Part shown: positions 62,987-64,000 of the stretch, piece by piece
Position numbering within the stretch: position 1 is the stretch's first letter
Layout: every line of letters starts with the position of its first letter
Assembly (NCBI GenBank): GCA_051362555.1
Contig: CM120640.1
Span: forward strand, 47,904,788 to 47,968,787
Source: Lingula anatina
Lineage: Eukaryota > Animalia > Brachiopoda
Direction: 5' to 3'
DNA: 64,000 nt
Position numbers and translations under genes: made by a program
The notes under the pieces: model-generated
The model's input: only the letters and a program-made list of their open reading frames with translations
The model's database searches: none
Told to the model about the DNA's origin: nothing

Positions 62987-64000
62987 CTAAAAATAGAATT
63001 AATAATAATAATAATACCAATAACTACAGAGCATGATTTAAAAACAGTGATTATCATTTGCCATTCTGTAATACATGCATGAAGTATATGACTTTCATAC
63101 AATATATAATATTTCTATGCCATTTAAAATTATTCAAATCATATTGCATTCAAGGGTTGTAGATATATTGTTTCAAAAGGAATTGTTTTAAACCTTAGAG
63201 TCCATAATTATAAAAAATGTCATATCACCATACAACATAGAGACCACTCCCACAGATATTTAGATCGATCTATCTCCCTCTGGGGTCTCACTAGATTGCT
63301 GTTAGCTTAACCGGCTTAAATGTCTGTCCAGCCTACTAAAAGCTGTAAGGGGGTAATTAACTTTTGTGCATAAAGCCCTCAGACACAATATCACCAATAA
63401 TGAAATAATTCTGGGCTAGCATACTATTTTAAGCTAAATGGCTGGATTTTTCACAGAAATCAAACCATAAATCAGCACAATGATAAACAGGAAAATATCT
63501 ATGACACTGTCAGTTTTTATTTATAGTAAATAATATACTGAACTAGTTAAATATCTATAAGCTAGTATGAGTCTATAGTTTATGTGCCAACTGTGAATTC
63601 TGGTCATCAGGAGTGACTGCTGGAAAGGCATGTTCCAGCCTCAGGCATTTACCCTCAAGGAACTTCCTAGGTTAATGGTGGAGACAATATTTTGGGTTTG
63701 ATCACATGTATGTGTGTATAGTTTTATATATAACAGGTGTGTTGGACTAAGTATGCTGTTCATGATGTACTTTCAGGTCCATCATAACACTTTCTCAGAA
63801 GATATCAAAATCAATTCACCTACGCTTCAAAAAAAAAAAAAAAAAAAAAAAAGCCAGTACCAAAGTGAGAAAAAAAAAATGTCTGCATTTCTAAAGCACA
63901 TAAAGGTTTTTGTGTAACAAAGTATAGTAACTCAAAATTCTAAAAAATCCATGTCCAGTGACCTGCCAAAAAAATACTACTATTGATTCAAAGAGCAAAT

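Noticed and set aside
62987-63020. Hydrophobic MVLLLLLILFL as signal peptide of gene 5
   Set aside because: Starts at TTG and derives from a (TAT)n/polypyrimidine tract ending in an AG acceptor; intronic.

Overview
AT-rich, intron-containing animal genomic DNA with no prokaryotic features. It is most likely from a lophotrochozoan/spiralian (inferred from a spiralian-type FMRFamide precursor plus an Alx gene). I reconstructed five protein-coding genes by hand from splice sites and frame/phase continuity. (1) 50-6061 (+): a small, very acidic, disordered protein built from symmetric phase-1 mini-exons, probably starting with a myristoylation motif (MGQRES), with a dense Rbfox (TGCATG) cluster beside a cassette exon. 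(2) 9025-9720 (+): a Thr-rich mucin-like protein with signal peptide and probable GPI anchor. (3) 17787-22612 (+): an FMRFamide-family neuropeptide precursor encoding 13x YMRFamide, 3x AYLRFamide, 1x YMHFamide and extended variants but no FMRFamide, with a TATA/CRE promoter and non-coding first exon. (4) 40506-53430 (+): an Alx paired-like homeobox gene (4 exons, 326 aa) with octapeptide/eh1 and OAR motifs. (5) 62986-56768 (-), 5'-incomplete: a type I transmembrane mucin (mucin-EGF-SEA-EGF-EGF-TM-cytoplasmic tail). Also present are an RTE-type LINE fragment with TSD, a small TIR element in the Alx 3' region, Helentron-like relics, local tandem duplications and microsatellites. The two flanking genes look CpG-depleted while the middle looks CpG-normal, consistent with mosaic gene-body methylation. 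All gene models are manual and lack transcript support.
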